59,753 nt of DNA from Acidimicrobiales bacterium (GCA_025463335.1 JAOBWJ010000110.1:1-59753); one strand, 5' to 3'; positions 36,060-47,014 are shown, counted from the first letter of the stretch. The notes: a model not told the origin generated them from the sequence alone. A program made the numbers and translations.

Positions 36060-37474
36060 CAGGTCCCGACCTTGCTCAGCGGTTGGGACGGCGGGCCGGG
36101 AGGCGGGCCGTAGGGGACGGTGGGCTGTTGGGTCTCGCTGCTTCGCCAGCGCCGGGCCATGGTCCGCAGGATGACGATGGTCGCGGCACCGAGCACGGCG
36201 TAGAGCGCCACGATGATGCTCAACGTCCCGACGACGCCGCCGCTGGTGGTGGCCGCATCGGCGGTGGTGAGGAGGCCGTAGACCACCCACGGTTGGCGGC
36301 CGACCTCCGTGACCACCCAGCCGCTCTCCATGGCCGCGATCGCCGCCGGGCCGCCCACGACAGCGAGGAGCCAGAACAGTCGCTGGCGCGGCAGCCGGCG
36401 GTGACGCCACCACACAACGAGCGCCCACAGCCCCGTCAGCAGCAGGAGCGTCCCCAGGCCGACCATCGCGTTGAAGGCCAGGTGAAGCAGCCAGGGGGCG
36501 GGCGGCCGTTCGGCGGCGGGCACGCTCTCCCACCCCACGACCCTCGTGTCGGTGCTGAACCCGACCAGCAGCGAATCCATGCCGGGGATCTTCAAGCCGC
36601 CGTACACGCGGCCGTTCACAAAGATGCCGCCGATGTACTCGGGGACGTCGCTCCCCGTGCGTGCGACGTACTCCATGGATGCGAACTTCACCGGCTGGTC
36701 GGAGGCGATGCTGCGGGCCGCGGTGTCGCCGACCAGCAGCTGGAACGGGGTGAGCGCCGCGGCCAGGACGAAGGGGATGGCGAAGCCGGTGTAGTGGTAG
36801 CGATTCCGGCGGCCCCGCAGGATGCCAACCGCGTACACGCTGGCGACCATGAACCCGGTGACCATGTAGGCGGCAATGATCATGTGCGGCATCTCGTAGG
36901 CGGCCGCGTGGTTGAAGAACACCTGCCACGGGTTGACGGCGACGATGCGCCCTGCCTGTTCGGTGAAGCCCCCTGGCTGGTTCATCCACGAGTTGACGGC
37001 GACCACCGACATCGCGCCTCCGATCCCGCTCACCGCGATCGGCACACCGGTCCAGAAGTGGGCCCAGCCGGGGAGGCGCCGCCAGCCGTAGAGGTAGATG
37101 GCGGTGAAGATGGCCTCCAGGAAGAAGAACAGGCCTTCGACGCCGAACGGCAAGCCCAGCACTGCGCCGTACTGGCGCATGAGTCCGGGCCAGAGCAGGC
37201 CCATCTCGAACGACAGCACCGTCCCGGTGATGGCGCCGACGGCGACCAGGACTCCCATGGCCTGCGACCAGCGCCGTGCCAGCAGGAGTGCCGTCTCATC
37301 GGACCGGCGGCGGCCGATGAACTCGGCCACCAGCACGACCGTGGGGAATGCGATCCCCATGCACGCCAGGATGATGTGGAACCCCAACGTCGTGGCCATC
37401 TGGACGCGAGCCGGGAGCACCTCGCTGCCCGCGCCGGCGGCAGCCGCAACCACAGCGTCACCCAGCTGTACCAC
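36059..37474 (-). CDS. cydA: Cytochrome bd ubiquinol/menaquinol oxidase subunit I (CydA), short Q-loop type
   Basis: 471-aa ORF. ARVQMATTLGFHIILACMG, GWVVTEVGRQPWVV. GTG at 37474, or GTG at 37420. Confidence 0.9.
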   Translation of the reverse strand: MVQLGDAVVAAAAGAGSEVLPARVQMATTLGFHIILACMGIAFPTVVLVAEFIGRRRSDETALLLARRWSQAMGVLVAVGAITGTVLSFEMGLLWPGLMRQYGAVLGLPFGVEGLFFFLEAIFTAIYLYGWRRLPGWAHFWTGVPIAVSGIGGAMSVVAVNSWMNQPGGFTEQAGRIVAVNPWQVFFNHAAAYEMPHMIIAAYMVTGFMVASVYAVGILRGRRNRYHYTGFAIPFVLAAALTPFQLLVGDTAARSIASDQPVKFASMEYVARTGSDVPEYIGGIFVNGRVYGGLKIPGMDSLLVGFSTDTRVVGWESVPAAERPPAPWLLHLAFNAMVGLGTLLLLTGLWALVVWWRHRRLPRQRLFWLLAVVGGPAAIAAMESGWVVTEVGRQPWVVYGLLTTADAATTSGGVVGTLSIIVALYAVLGAATIVILRTMARRWRSSETQQPTVPYGPPPGPPSQPLSKVGT

Positions 37475-37631
37475 CCATCACCAGGGTCGGGCATGGGTGG
37501 GCGGCGCCACCTCACGCACCCGCGTAGGAGCGGTTCGGTGTCGACGACTTTCCGCGCGTTCGCGTGATGTCCGCCTTCGCCGGCGCCCCGCATGCTTGGC
37601 ACCAAGGGGCGCCCAGCACGGAGGTCGAGGC

Positions 37632-38471
37632 GTGGAGACGGTTGTTGTCGGGCTCGATGTCCCGCCCGCCCAAGTGGAGTCGCTGCGCTGGGCCGCTGAC
37701 TACAGCCGGCTGAACGGCGATGAACTGGTGGGCGTCGTCGCCTACAGCTCGCCCCAGTCGGAATCTCCTCCCGACTGGTACGAGGACGACATCGCCAAGG
37801 TACGGAAGCAGGCCGCGTCGGAGTTGAGCACCGTGGCGCCCGATGTGCCATGCCGAGTCGAGCTCATCGATGGTGATCCCCAGGTCGTCATCCCTGACCT
37901 GGTGAACGACGAAGGTGCCGCCGTCGTCGTCGTGGGAGCCCGATGGAGCGGTGGCTTCCATGGGCTGGGGCAGGGCAACATCGCCCGCCATCTCGCCCAC
38001 CGGCTGCGGACCCCCCTCGTCATCGTCCCCGGCATGGGCGGCCCGCTGCAGGGCAGCCCGGTGGTGGTCGGCCTGGACGGCTCAGTGAACGACGTCACGA
38101 CCCTGGAGTGGGCCGTGCGTCTGGCGGAAGCGGTCGGAGGCCCGGTCAGCGTCGTGTACGCGTCCGACCCGATGGCCAGGTCGTACCCCCACCCCGCGGG
38201 GGCGACCGTCGCCGACCAGAAGGAAGCGATCGTGCGGGCCCAAGTGGCTTGGGCCGCCACCCCGGACGTGGAGATCACCATGACCGTGGAGGTCGACGAC
38301 CCCATCAGGGCCCTGACCCGCGTGGCGGATCAGGTGGATGGGTCGGTGATCGTCGTCGGTCGCAAGGGCGTGGGCCACCTCCGAGGCCTGATGCTCGGCC
38401 GCGTACCGGCCCGACTCCCCAACTTCGCCAACCGCCCCGTCGCGATCATCCCTCGCGGCTCAACCGACTAG
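37632..38471 (+). CDS. Universal stress protein, tandem USP domains
   Basis: Frame of ORF 37098..38471 trimmed to GTG 37632. There are two USP-like halves, each ending in a G..G-rich ATP-loop-like segment (VVVGARWSGGFHGLGQGNIARHL ; VVGRKGVGHLRGLMLGRVPARL). Confidence 0.85.
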   Translation: METVVVGLDVPPAQVESLRWAADYSRLNGDELVGVVAYSSPQSESPPDWYEDDIAKVRKQAASELSTVAPDVPCRVELIDGDPQVVIPDLVNDEGAAVVVVGARWSGGFHGLGQGNIARHLAHRLRTPLVIVPGMGGPLQGSPVVVGLDGSVNDVTTLEWAVRLAEAVGGPVSVVYASDPMARSYPHPAGATVADQKEAIVRAQVAWAATPDVEITMTVEVDDPIRALTRVADQVDGSVIVVGRKGVGHLRGLMLGRVPARLPNFANRPVAIIPRGSTD

Positions 38472-38486
38472 GACCAAGAGAGCGAC

Positions 38487-39539
38487 ATGACTCGATTCAG
38501 ATTCGTTGGACTACTCACACTGATCGCGGGGCTGGCGCTCGCCGGCTGCTCCAGCAGCCCGTCAACCGGGACTGCCTCGGGCTCCACCTCGACGTCCCTC
38601 GGGACAACCTCGGCTGCTGCCTCATCGGGGTCGGCGCTCCAAACGGCCTACGTCGATGTGGTGAACAAGGTGCGCCCATCGGTCGTAGAGATCTCGACAC
38701 CGATCGGATTGGGATCGGGTGTCGTGTTCGACGAGCAAGGCAACATCGTCACCAACAACCACGTCGTCGCCGGCGCCACGCAGTTCCAGGTCACCTTCTC
38801 CGATGGGCAGACCGCGGCGGCAGCACTCGTCGGGACCTATCCGCCCGAGGATCTGGCAGTGATCAGGGCCAACCGGACCACGGGCCTCACCCCTGCCACC
38901 TTCGGGGATTCGACCAAGCTGCAGATCGGAGACATCACCCTGGCGATCGGCAATCCGCTCGGCTTGGCCAGCTCGGTCACCGAAGGCATCGTCAGCTTCA
39001 ACGGTCGAGCCGTTTCGGAGGACAACGGGGTCGTGTTGTCGGACACCGTGCAGACGAGCGCCGCCATCAACCCGGGCAACAGCGGCGGGGCCTTGGTCGA
39101 CATCAACGGTCAGGTGATCGGCATCCCGACGCTGGCGGCCACCGACCCGCAGGTCGGCGGAGGGTCAGCCCCCGGGATCGGCTTCGCGCTCCCCAGCAGC
39201 TCCGCCAAGCTGATCGCCGGCGAGCTGATCTCGCAAGGCAAGGTGACCAACACCGCTCAGGCCGCGCTCGGCATCGTGGGGACGACGGCCATCAGCCCAC
39301 TCGATCAGGCAGGCGGCGTGATCGTCAGGACGGTCCAGCCGGGCAGCCCTGCCGCCAAGGCTGGTGTCAAGCCGGGCGACATCATCGACCAGATCAACAG
39401 TCAACTGACGCCGACGCTCTCCATCCTCCAGGGGGTGCTCCACGGACTGAAGCCTGGTGACAAGACGTCCGTGATCATCAGAAGCGCGAGCGGGAGCAAG
39501 AAGACCGTCTCAGTGACGCTGAGCGGGCTCACGGGGTGA
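38487..39539 (+). CDS. HtrA/DegP-family trypsin-like serine protease with PDZ domain, lipoprotein
   Basis: 350 aa. Lipobox LALAGC. Catalytic His (TNNHVV) and Ser (NPGNSGGAL). C-terminal PDZ-like segment (GSPAAKAGVKPGDII). Confidence 0.9.
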   Translation: MTRFRFVGLLTLIAGLALAGCSSSPSTGTASGSTSTSLGTTSAAASSGSALQTAYVDVVNKVRPSVVEISTPIGLGSGVVFDEQGNIVTNNHVVAGATQFQVTFSDGQTAAAALVGTYPPEDLAVIRANRTTGLTPATFGDSTKLQIGDITLAIGNPLGLASSVTEGIVSFNGRAVSEDNGVVLSDTVQTSAAINPGNSGGALVDINGQVIGIPTLAATDPQVGGGSAPGIGFALPSSSAKLIAGELISQGKVTNTAQAALGIVGTTAISPLDQAGGVIVRTVQPGSPAAKAGVKPGDIIDQINSQLTPTLSILQGVLHGLKPGDKTSVIIRSASGSKKTVSVTLSGLTG

Positions 39540-39568
39540 GCGTTCGCGAGGGAAGAGGGCGTCGTCCC

Positions 39569-41497
39569 ATGTCATCGTTCCACCTCCACCGCTCGAGCCC
39601 CGCCAAGCCCGGCCCGCCGACGGAGCCCCCGAAGCCACCGCCGGCCAAGCCCGCGCCCAAGTGGTTGCACACCCTGTGGCTCGCTGGCCTCGCGGTGACC
39701 CTGCTGCTCCTCTTCTTCCCCACGTCCGCGACCAAGACGACGTCGCTGACCTACAGCGCCTGGACGACCAGGGTCGACGCCAACCAGGTCAAGACCGCGG
39801 TCATCGACACCACCGGCAAGGTCACCGGCCAGCTCTCGGACAACACCAACTACGACACGAGGATCCCCACTGCGGTTCCCGATCCCGCCCTGTTGGGTGA
39901 CCTGGCCACCCATCACGTGACGGTGACGGGGGCGACGAGCTCCACGAGTGTCTTGAGCATCATCGGCGGCCTCCTTCCCTTTGTCCTCCTGCTGGGCTTC
40001 TACCTCTGGATCAGCCGCCGGGCTACCCGGCAGCTGGCCGGCGGCATCATGGGCATCGGGTCCTCGAAGGCCAAGGTGTACAACGAAGAGCGGCCCAAGA
40101 CCCGCTTCTCGGATGTCGCCGGCTACGAGGGAGCGAAGCGGGAGATCAGTGAGGTTGTCGACTTCCTCAAGTACCCCCAGCGCTACACCGCGGCCGGGGC
40201 CGTCGGGCCCCGCGGCGTGCTGATGGTGGGGCCCCCGGGGACCGGAAAGACGCTGCTCGCCCGGGCCGTGGCGGGCGAAGCCGAGGTCCCCTTCTTCGCC
40301 CTCACGGGTTCGAGCTTCGTGGAGATGTTCGTCGGCGTGGGCGCCGCACGCGTCCGCGACCTCTTCACCGCCGCCCGCAAGACGGCTCCGGCGATCATCT
40401 TCATCGATGAGATCGATGCCATCGGCCAGCGGCGCGGCGGAGCCTTCGTCTCCAACGACGAACGCGAGCAGACCCTCAATCAGTTGCTGGGCGAGATGGA
40501 CGGGTTCGATCCGGCGGCCGGCGTCGTCGTGCTGGCGGCCACCAATCGGCCCGAGACGCTGGACCCGGCGCTCCTCCGTCCCGGGCGATTCGACCGGCAG
40601 GTCGAGATCCCGCTTCCCAACCTTCGGGAGCGGACCGCCATCCTCGGCGTCCACACCACCGGGAAGCACCTCGCCAGCGACGTCGATCTCGACGTGGTGG
40701 CCCGGGCGACGCCGGGGTTCTCGGGGGCAGACCTCGCCAACCTGGTGAACGAGGCCGCCATCGTGGCCGTGCGGGACCGTCGCGACGTCATCTCCGCGTC
40801 GGACTTCTCCGAGGCCCGGGATCGGATCCTGCTCGGCCGCCGGGAGGCCACGAACGCCCTGCTGCCCGAGGAGAAGTACGCCGTTGCCGTGCACGAGTCG
40901 GGCCACGCCCTGGTGGCCGCGCTCTGTCCCCGGGCCGATCCCGTCGCCAAGGTGACGATCCTGCCGGCCGGACAGGCGCTCGGGGTCACCGAGCAGCTGC
41001 CAGCCGATGAGCGCCACTTGTACTCGGAGAGCTACCTCAAGGACTCGCTCGCTGTCCGCCTCGGCGGTCGCGCCAGCGAGCTGCTCGTCCTCGGTGAGGC
41101 GTCCACGGGGGCAGCGTCCGACTTGGCGGGCGCGACCGACCTCGCCACGCGCATGGTGCGGGAGTACGGCATGAGTGGGCGAGTCGGACCTGTTGGCTTC
41201 GCCAGCGGCTCACCCATGTACCTGGGGAACGAGGAGGTGCAGCGGCGAAGCTACGCCGAGGCAACCCAGCGCGTCATCGACGAAGAGGTGGCAGCCCTCC
41301 TACGGGAAGCCGAGACGCGAGCCCTGGGGCTGCTCGGCGATCATCGGGAGGCGATCGACCGGCTCGTCGGCGAGCTGATCGCCCACGAGACGGTCGACGG
41401 CGACGCCGTGCGGGCCGCCCTCGATGGGACGACCGGATCGGACGGGCCCGACGGCGGCGGGGCCGGCCCTCAGGTCGAGGTGCATACGACGGGATGA
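39569..41497 (+). CDS. ftsH: ATP-dependent zinc metalloprotease FtsH
   Basis: ORF 39536..41497. ATG 39569 is preferred; GTG 39536 would overlap the htrA-like stop. Walker [21 protein letters not shown] region [20 protein letters not shown], zinc site HESGHA, two N-terminal TM helices. Confidence 0.9.
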   Translation: MSSFHLHRSSPAKPGPPTEPPKPPPAKPAPKWLHTLWLAGLAVTLLLLFFPTSATKTTSLTYSAWTTRVDANQVKTAVIDTTGKVTGQLSDNTNYDTRIPTAVPDPALLGDLATHHVTVTGATSSTSVLSIIGGLLPFVLLLGFYLWISRRATRQLAGGIMGIGSSKAKVYNEERPKTRFSDVAGYEGAKREISEVVDFLKYPQRYTAAGAVGPRGVLMVGPPGTGKTLLARAVAGEAEVPFFALTGSSFVEMFVGVGAARVRDLFTAARKTAPAIIFIDEIDAIGQRRGGAFVSNDEREQTLNQLLGEMDGFDPAAGVVVLAATNRPETLDPALLRPGRFDRQVEIPLPNLRERTAILGVHTTGKHLASDVDLDVVARATPGFSGADLANLVNEAAIVAVRDRRDVISASDFSEARDRILLGRREATNALLPEEKYAVAVHESGHALVAALCPRADPVAKVTILPAGQALGVTEQLPADERHLYSESYLKDSLAVRLGGRASELLVLGEASTGAASDLAGATDLATRMVREYGMSGRVGPVGFASGSPMYLGNEEVQRRSYAEATQRVIDEEVAALLREAETRALGLLGDHREAIDRLVGELIAHETVDGDAVRAALDGTTGSDGPDGGGAGPQVEVHTTG

Positions 41498-41503
41498 CCG
41501 CGC

Positions 41504-42304
41504 TCACGCATGGTCGTCTCCCATCAGAAGGCCGGTGAGATCGTCGACGATGGCGTGGAACGCAGGTGTTCGTTGCAGCTCGACCGTCCGCGGTCGGTCG
41601 AAGGGGATGGTGACATCGGCGACGACACGTCCGGGCCGCCCGGACATGACCACCACGCGGTCGGCGAGGAGGACCGCCTCTTCGACGGAATGGGTGACGA
41701 GCAGGGTGGTCGGCGACCGCTCGCCCCAGATGCGCTGAAGCTCCATGTTCATGCGGCGGCGGGTCATCTCGTCGAGCGCACCGAAGGGCTCGTCAAGGAG
41801 GAGGACGCGCGGTTCGGCGACGAGGGCACGGGCGATCGCGCACCGCTGACGCATGCCGCCGGACAACTGGGAGGGACGGGCCCGCTCGAAGCCATCGAGG
41901 CCCACGAGCTCGATGAGGTCGGCCACCCTCGCCGCCACGTCGTCACCGCCGATCACCTCCAGCGGAAGGCGGATGTTGTCCTCGACCGTCCTCCACGGGA
42001 GCAGGGCCGGATCCTGGAACGCGATGCCGAGCTGGTGCCGGGCCCGGGCGGCCGAGGGCGGTCCGCCATGGACCTCGACGGTGCCGGCGCTCGGCACCTC
42101 GAACCCGCCCAGCAGGCGCAACACGGTGGACTTGCCGCACCCCGACGGGCCGAGGACGGCAACGAAGGAACCGGCGGCGACCTCGAGGTCGAGACCGTCC
42201 AGGGCCCGGACGACCTGTCGGCGGACACGGAAGTCCTTCACCACGTCGCGCAGCGAGAGCCCGGAACTGGCCACGGGTTCGGTGGTGACCTCGGCGGCGC
42301 TCAC
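41504..42304 (-). CDS. ABC transporter ATP-binding protein (NitT/TauT-type)
   Basis: Frame of ORF 41504..43051 trimmed to GTG 42304 (GTGA overlap with the permease stop). [24 protein letters not shown]. Confidence 0.9.
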   Translation of the reverse strand: MSAAEVTTEPVASSGLSLRDVVKDFRVRRQVVRALDGLDLEVAAGSFVAVLGPSGCGKSTVLRLLGGFEVPSAGTVEVHGGPPSAARARHQLGIAFQDPALLPWRTVEDNIRLPLEVIGGDDVAARVADLIELVGLDGFERARPSQLSGGMRQRCAIARALVAEPRVLLLDEPFGALDEMTRRRMNMELQRIWGERSPTTLLVTHSVEEAVLLADRVVVMSGRPGRVVADVTIPFDRPRTVELQRTPAFHAIVDDLTGLLMGDDHA

Positions 42305-43884
42305 TGCTCCACCCCGAAGCGGCGTTGGCACCACCGTTCGAGCAGGCCCACGGTGCCGTAGGCGATGACCGAGATCAGCGTGACGACCGCCGCCACCGAC
42401 CAGAGGAGGGAGAACTCCAACCGACCGCGCGCCTGGAGGATGAGCTGGCCCACCCCCGTGCCCAGGGCCAGGTACTCGGCGAGGATCACGCCGAGCAGGG
42501 CTCGAGGGATGGCCAGGCGGGCCGAGGCGATCAGGTGGGGCAGAGCGCCGGGTGCTGCCACCTTGCGCAGGATCAGCAGCGGCGAGGCGTCGTAGATCTG
42601 GAGCACCTCGATCGCCGCGGTGGGTGTGGAGCGCAAACCCTGGCTCACGGTGACGAAGCTCGGGAAGAACGTGACCGACGTGGTGATGGCGAGCACGGTC
42701 ACGTTGCCGCGGCCGAGCACGATCACCAGCAGCGGCGTGAGGGCCACCAGCGGCATCGACTGCGAGAAGAGGGCGACCGGCAACAGCGCGGCCGCCAGCG
42801 CCCTCGACAGGCTCAGCACGGTGGCCAGCACGAAGGCGAGGAGCAGGCCGCAGAAGAGGCCGATGGCGGCGCGAGGCATGGTGACCTGCAGGGCGTCGAT
42901 GAAGGACGAGCGGTGCCCTGCGGCGGCGGCACCGGATACGAGGTAGTCCCACACGTCGCTCGGGCTCTTGGCGAAGGTCGGGGGCAGGCCGACGACCTTC
43001 AGGTAGGCGATCCAGGCACCGGCCACCAGGCCGAAGGACGCCAGTGACCACACCGGCTCGGGGAGGTAGCCCACCCGCTCCACCGCGGCCACGCCGCCCA
43101 CCGCCACCACCGGCGACTGCTGCCGCGCGGTGACGACCGAGCCGATGACGGCGAACACCGCGTAGCTGGCTGCCGCCACCGCGGCGGCGGCCAGACCGAT
43201 GCCCCAGAGCCGCTCGGGGAAGGCCTGGGGCATGGTGGCGACGAGCAGGACCCCGAGCCCACGGCGCCCGCCGAGGAACTCACCGAGCATGGCGCCGAGG
43301 ATGGCGCCGGGAGCGGCGACGCGCAGGCCGGCGAGCAGGTCCGGAAGCGCAGCCCGGATCGTGACCTTGCGCAGGACCGCCCAACGGCCACCGCCGTACC
43401 CCCGGACCACGTCGCGGAGGGTGCCGTCGGCCGAGCGCAGCCCCACCGTGGTGCTCACGTAGGTCGGGAACAGCACGGCGATGGCGGCGAGGACCACCTT
43501 GGGGGTCTCGCCGCCGAACGACACCCCGATGATCGGCGCCAGGACGATCAGTGGCAGGCAGTAGAGGGACACGAGCAGGCCCCGCGTGAGCCGTCCGAGG
43601 ACCGGGACCTGATTGAAGGCCACCGCCAGCCCGATCGCCACGGCGTTGCCGTAGACGAACCCGACGGCGGCATTGCGCAGGGTGATGGAGGCGTTCGGCG
43701 GATACAGGTCCCGGTCGGTCCACAGCTGTCGCGCCACCGCCGACAGCGAGGGGAAGACGCCGTCCGACGCCGGCAGGCGGCCGACCACCTCCCACACCGT
43801 GGCCAACACGAGGACCGCGGCGATGGTCATCAAATGGTCGGCCACCACGTCGCGAACCCTGTTCGCCGACCGACCGTCGAGCAT
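42301..43884 (-). CDS. ABC transporter permease, two fused permease domains
   Basis: 527 aa. Two homologous halves, each with an EAA-loop-like segment (..[29 protein letters not shown].. and ..[29 protein letters not shown]..). Confidence 0.85.
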   Translation of the reverse strand: MLDGRSANRVRDVVADHLMTIAAVLVLATVWEVVGRLPASDGVFPSLSAVARQLWTDRDLYPPNASITLRNAAVGFVYGNAVAIGLAVAFNQVPVLGRLTRGLLVSLYCLPLIVLAPIIGVSFGGETPKVVLAAIAVLFPTYVSTTVGLRSADGTLRDVVRGYGGGRWAVLRKVTIRAALPDLLAGLRVAAPGAILGAMLGEFLGGRRGLGVLLVATMPQAFPERLWGIGLAAAAVAAASYAVFAVIGSVVTARQQSPVVAVGGVAAVERVGYLPEPVWSLASFGLVAGAWIAYLKVVGLPPTFAKSPSDVWDYLVSGAAAAGHRSSFIDALQVTMPRAAIGLFCGLLLAFVLATVLSLSRALAAALLPVALFSQSMPLVALTPLLVIVLGRGNVTVLAITTSVTFFPSFVTVSQGLRSTPTAAIEVLQIYDASPLLILRKVAAPGALPHLIASARLAIPRALLGVILAEYLALGTGVGQLILQARGRLEFSLLWSVAAVVTLISVIAYGTVGLLERWCQRRFGVEQ

Positions 43885-43887
43885 GGA

Positions 43888-44916
43888 TCAGATCTCGTCG
43901 AGCAGGTCGGTCACGAACAGGCTCTTGTCGACCTTGATCCCGAAGCGGCCGAGGGTCTCGATGTTCTTGTCGATGTCCGCCGCGCCCATCGAGTAGATGC
44001 CGTCGGGGTGCTCGATCAGCGGCTTCTGGGCGTTGTTGAAGTACTCCTCGTTGGCGGCCGAGCGCCCCGTGTCCTTGCCGAAGCCCTGCTTGAGGAGCGG
44101 GACGTAGGCCTTGGTGTCCTTGAAGTTCTCGTCCCAACCCTTGCGGCTGGCCCGCAGGAAGCCGACGAGCTCCTCGCGGTGGCTCTTGAGGTAGTCCTCC
44201 TGCACCACGACCACGTCGTTGTAGAGCACCAGCCCGTAGTCGTAGAGCAGGAACGACGTGGGCTTGCCGCCCTTCTCCTCGATGGTGAACGGCACGTTCG
44301 TCACGAAGTCGCCGGAGGCGTCGATCTTGTGCTCGAGCAGCGGGGTCGGGTCGTAGGCGTAGGGGACGATCTTGACCTTGGAGATGTCGAGGTTGTTGAT
44401 CTTGAAGAGCGCCTCGAACGTGATCTGTCCGACCGGCGCGATGGCGAGCGTCTTGCCGATGAGGTCGGCCGGCGACGACACACCGTTGCCCTCGAGCGAG
44501 ACCACGCCCGACGGGTTCTTCTGGTACTGGGTGCCGATGATCTTGAGCTTGGCGCCCTCGTCGGCCACCAGCTTGGCGACACCCTCGACGGTGGTGAGCG
44601 CCAGCTCGGCCTGGCCGGCGAGCAAGGTGGTCTCCGGGATCACGTCGGGACCGCCCGGGAGGTAGGTGTACTTCAGGCCCTCGGCCTCGTAGTACCCCTT
44701 GTCGAGGGCGATGTAGTAGCCCATGAACTCGGCGTCGCTCACCCAGGCCGACTGCATCCGCAGCGTCGAGAGCTTGCCGCCGCCGCTCCCCGCCGAAGCG
44801 GCGGAGGGCGAATCGCTGCCGCCGCAGGCACTGAGCAGCGAACCGGCACCGCCGGCGAGGGCCACGGCTCCGGCTGCCTGCCCGGAACGGACGAAGAACT
44901 GCCTACGACTGATCAT
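43888..44916 (-). CDS. ABC transporter substrate-binding lipoprotein, NMT1/THI5-like, Tat-type signal
   Basis: Frame of ORF 43888..45690 trimmed to ATG 44916. MISRRQFFVRSGQAAGAVALAGGAGSLLSAC combines a twin-arginine motif with a lipobox. The mature part resembles NMT1/THI5-like (aliphatic sulfonate / pyrimidine-precursor type) binding proteins. Confidence 0.85.
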   Translation of the reverse strand: MISRRQFFVRSGQAAGAVALAGGAGSLLSACGGSDSPSAASAGSGGGKLSTLRMQSAWVSDAEFMGYYIALDKGYYEAEGLKYTYLPGGPDVIPETTLLAGQAELALTTVEGVAKLVADEGAKLKIIGTQYQKNPSGVVSLEGNGVSSPADLIGKTLAIAPVGQITFEALFKINNLDISKVKIVPYAYDPTPLLEHKIDASGDFVTNVPFTIEEKGGKPTSFLLYDYGLVLYNDVVVVQEDYLKSHREELVGFLRASRKGWDENFKDTKAYVPLLKQGFGKDTGRSAANEEYFNNAQKPLIEHPDGIYSMGAADIDKNIETLGRFGIKVDKSLFVTDLLDEI

Positions 44917-44981
44917 TGCGGGGTCCTTTGGGACAGGTCGGCGAGGGGCCGAGGTGGGTGAGGAGAGCGGGATGGGCGAGG

Positions 44982-45791
44982 TCAGCGCGACGTGGCGCCG
45001 GCTCGGAGGAGCGCCAGCTCCACCACCGGGGGCATGCCGGCGGCACGCTCGACGGTGAGTTGGTCCCAGAGCACCTGGCCCGGGCCCCGGTGCACAGCGA
45101 AGGGCTCGACGCCGGTCGGGGTGACGACCACGTCGACGGGAACGTCGTGGGCGGCGACGGTGACATCGACGTCGAGGCGCTGGCAGTCGTGGACGACCCC
45201 GGCCACCGTGGGGGTCGCGTCGAGCGCGCCTACTTCCGAGAGCATGGCCCACTCCAGGTCGAAGTAGCCGTGGCCCTTGCCGAGGCGCACGCCGCCGCGG
45301 GTGATGGCGCCGGCGCCGGTCACGAGGAACGAGATGCCGAGGCCGGCCAGTTCGCCGAGCGAGACGGCAGGTGCGACCTCGTGGAGCCAGGCCATGGTGG
45401 CGGCCTGCTCGGCGCCGCCGTCGGGCAGCTCGGTGGGGCGCACCATCCGGAAGCCGTCGACGATCCCGAAGGTGGTGACCACCAGGACCTTGCCATCCTC
45501 GAGCACCCACTGGCGGATGAGGCCGGTGCACTCGTCCGGGGTCACGAACACGGCCGACGCGGCCTGGTAGGCGGGGAGCTCCCGGAGGAGCTCCGCGCAT
45601 CGGTCCGAACCGTCGAAGTCGGCGATGAAGTTGTCGAAGTCGAAGCCGAGGATCGGGTGGGGCCGTGCCACCTGGCGGAGCTCGGGCCACACCTTCGAGC
45701 GGAGGTCGTCCTGCTCGGCCCGGGCCTCCGACGCGTCGCCGACGGCGTGAGGATCAGCAGAGGGTGGGTGGCTGGCGGCTGCGGATATCAT
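44982..45791 (-). CDS. 5-formyltetrahydrofolate cyclo-ligase family protein (long form)
   Basis: ORF 44982..45884 trimmed to ATG 45791. LGKGHGYFDLEW matches the 5-FCL family GKG.GYYD motif. At 269 aa it is longer than canonical 5-FCL. Confidence 0.65.
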   Translation of the reverse strand: MISAAASHPPSADPHAVGDASEARAEQDDLRSKVWPELRQVARPHPILGFDFDNFIADFDGSDRCAELLRELPAYQAASAVFVTPDECTGLIRQWVLEDGKVLVVTTFGIVDGFRMVRPTELPDGGAEQAATMAWLHEVAPAVSLGELAGLGISFLVTGAGAITRGGVRLGKGHGYFDLEWAMLSEVGALDATPTVAGVVHDCQRLDVDVTVAAHDVPVDVVVTPTGVEPFAVHRGPGQVLWDQLTVERAAGMPPVVELALLRAGATSR

Positions 45792-45800
45792 ACGTATGAC
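45787..45800. promoter_or_regulatory. Candidate LacI-family operator, site 1 (ATCATACGTATGAC; perfect 12-bp core TCATACGTATGA)
   Basis: Central-CG palindrome overlapping the ATG (45791) of the 5-FCL-like gene, in the divergent region with the LacI gene. It shares 13 of 14 positions (including the perfect 12-bp core) with 47845..47858. Confidence 0.6.
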
Positions 45801-45946
45801 AACGTAGGTGATGCCGTCTTCCGGGCAAATGTCCGGGCGGTGAATCGCCCGGGTCGGACGCCTTTCTCGAACCTGACCGGGCACGCGGAGTCAGGCGATG
45901 GGCGGCTCGACCGCCGCTAGGGTCAAGCGCCACGGCGCCCGATGCA

Positions 45947-47014
45947 ATGACAGGAGCGTCCGTGGTCGATCACCAGGCGAGACCCGGTCGACCGGTGACG
46001 AGCGTCGACGTGGCCCGCCACCTCGGGGTGTCCCAGAGCACGGTGTCGCTCGCCCTCTCCGGGGCGCCGCGCGTCTCTGAGGCCACCCGCCAGCGCGTGC
46101 TCGACGCCTGCGACGAGCTCGGCTACCGGCCGGTCGCCGCTGGCCGGCGGCTGCGCACCGGCCGCTCCAACACCATCGGCCTGTTCGTGCCCAAGCTCGG
46201 CTACGAGGTGTTCGACCGTGTCCTCCACGGGGTGCGTGAGGGCCTGGCCGCCGCCGACGACTCGGTCCGCTGGAGCGTGTTGATCGGTTCCACCGACAAC
46301 GACCTGCACGAGCAGGCGGCGCTCACCGATGCGGTGCAGGCCCACGACTTCGACGGCCTGATCCTCGCCGCCGTCAACGAGCCCGACGCCGGGCCGCTCA
46401 AGCGCTTCGCCGGCCGGATCGTGGCCATCGAGACGGCACCCCCGGGCGTGCCCCGACGCTCCTACGACCTCGACCAGGCGGCCCGCACGATGCTCGACGT
46501 GCTGCTCGAGCTGGGCCACCGCCGCATCGGCCACCTCAGCGCCCTGCCCGACAAGACGGCGTTCGCCCAGCAGCGCCAGGCCCTCGTCACCGCCATCGGT
46601 TCCTCGGGCACGGCCGGCGTCTCGCTCCTCGAGGCCGACGCCGCCGACGTGACCCTGGAGGCCGGCATCGACGCCATCGCCCCGATGCTGGCCCTCCCCG
46701 AGGCCGCCCGACCGACGGCGATCGTGTGCGACGACAGCCGGCTGGCGGCGGCCGTCTACGCCGGGGCGGCCGACGAGCGCCTCACCGTGCCCACCGACCT
46801 CTCGGTCATCTGCTCACACCTCGATGACGTCGGTCGCGGCATCCGCCCGGCGCTGACCGGCCTGTATCGTCCGGCCGAGGCCGTCGGCTCGCTCGCCGCC
46901 CTGGCCCTCGTCGACGCCATCAACGGCGTGCCCATCGATGCCGAGGTGCTGCTGCCGTGCGAGCTCGTGGCCGGCGACTCGGTGGCACCGGCCCCGGCTA
47001 CGACGGCTCGGTGA
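45947..47014 (+). CDS. LacI family transcriptional regulator
   Basis: 355 aa. N-terminal HTH VTSVDVARHLGVSQSTVSLALSG...ATRQRVLDACDELGYRP followed by a periplasmic-binding-protein-like core. Confidence 0.9.
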   Translation: MTGASVVDHQARPGRPVTSVDVARHLGVSQSTVSLALSGAPRVSEATRQRVLDACDELGYRPVAAGRRLRTGRSNTIGLFVPKLGYEVFDRVLHGVREGLAAADDSVRWSVLIGSTDNDLHEQAALTDAVQAHDFDGLILAAVNEPDAGPLKRFAGRIVAIETAPPGVPRRSYDLDQAARTMLDVLLELGHRRIGHLSALPDKTAFAQQRQALVTAIGSSGTAGVSLLEADAADVTLEAGIDAIAPMLALPEAARPTAIVCDDSRLAAAVYAGAADERLTVPTDLSVICSHLDDVGRGIRPALTGLYRPAEAVGSLAALALVDAINGVPIDAEVLLPCELVAGDSVAPAPATTAR

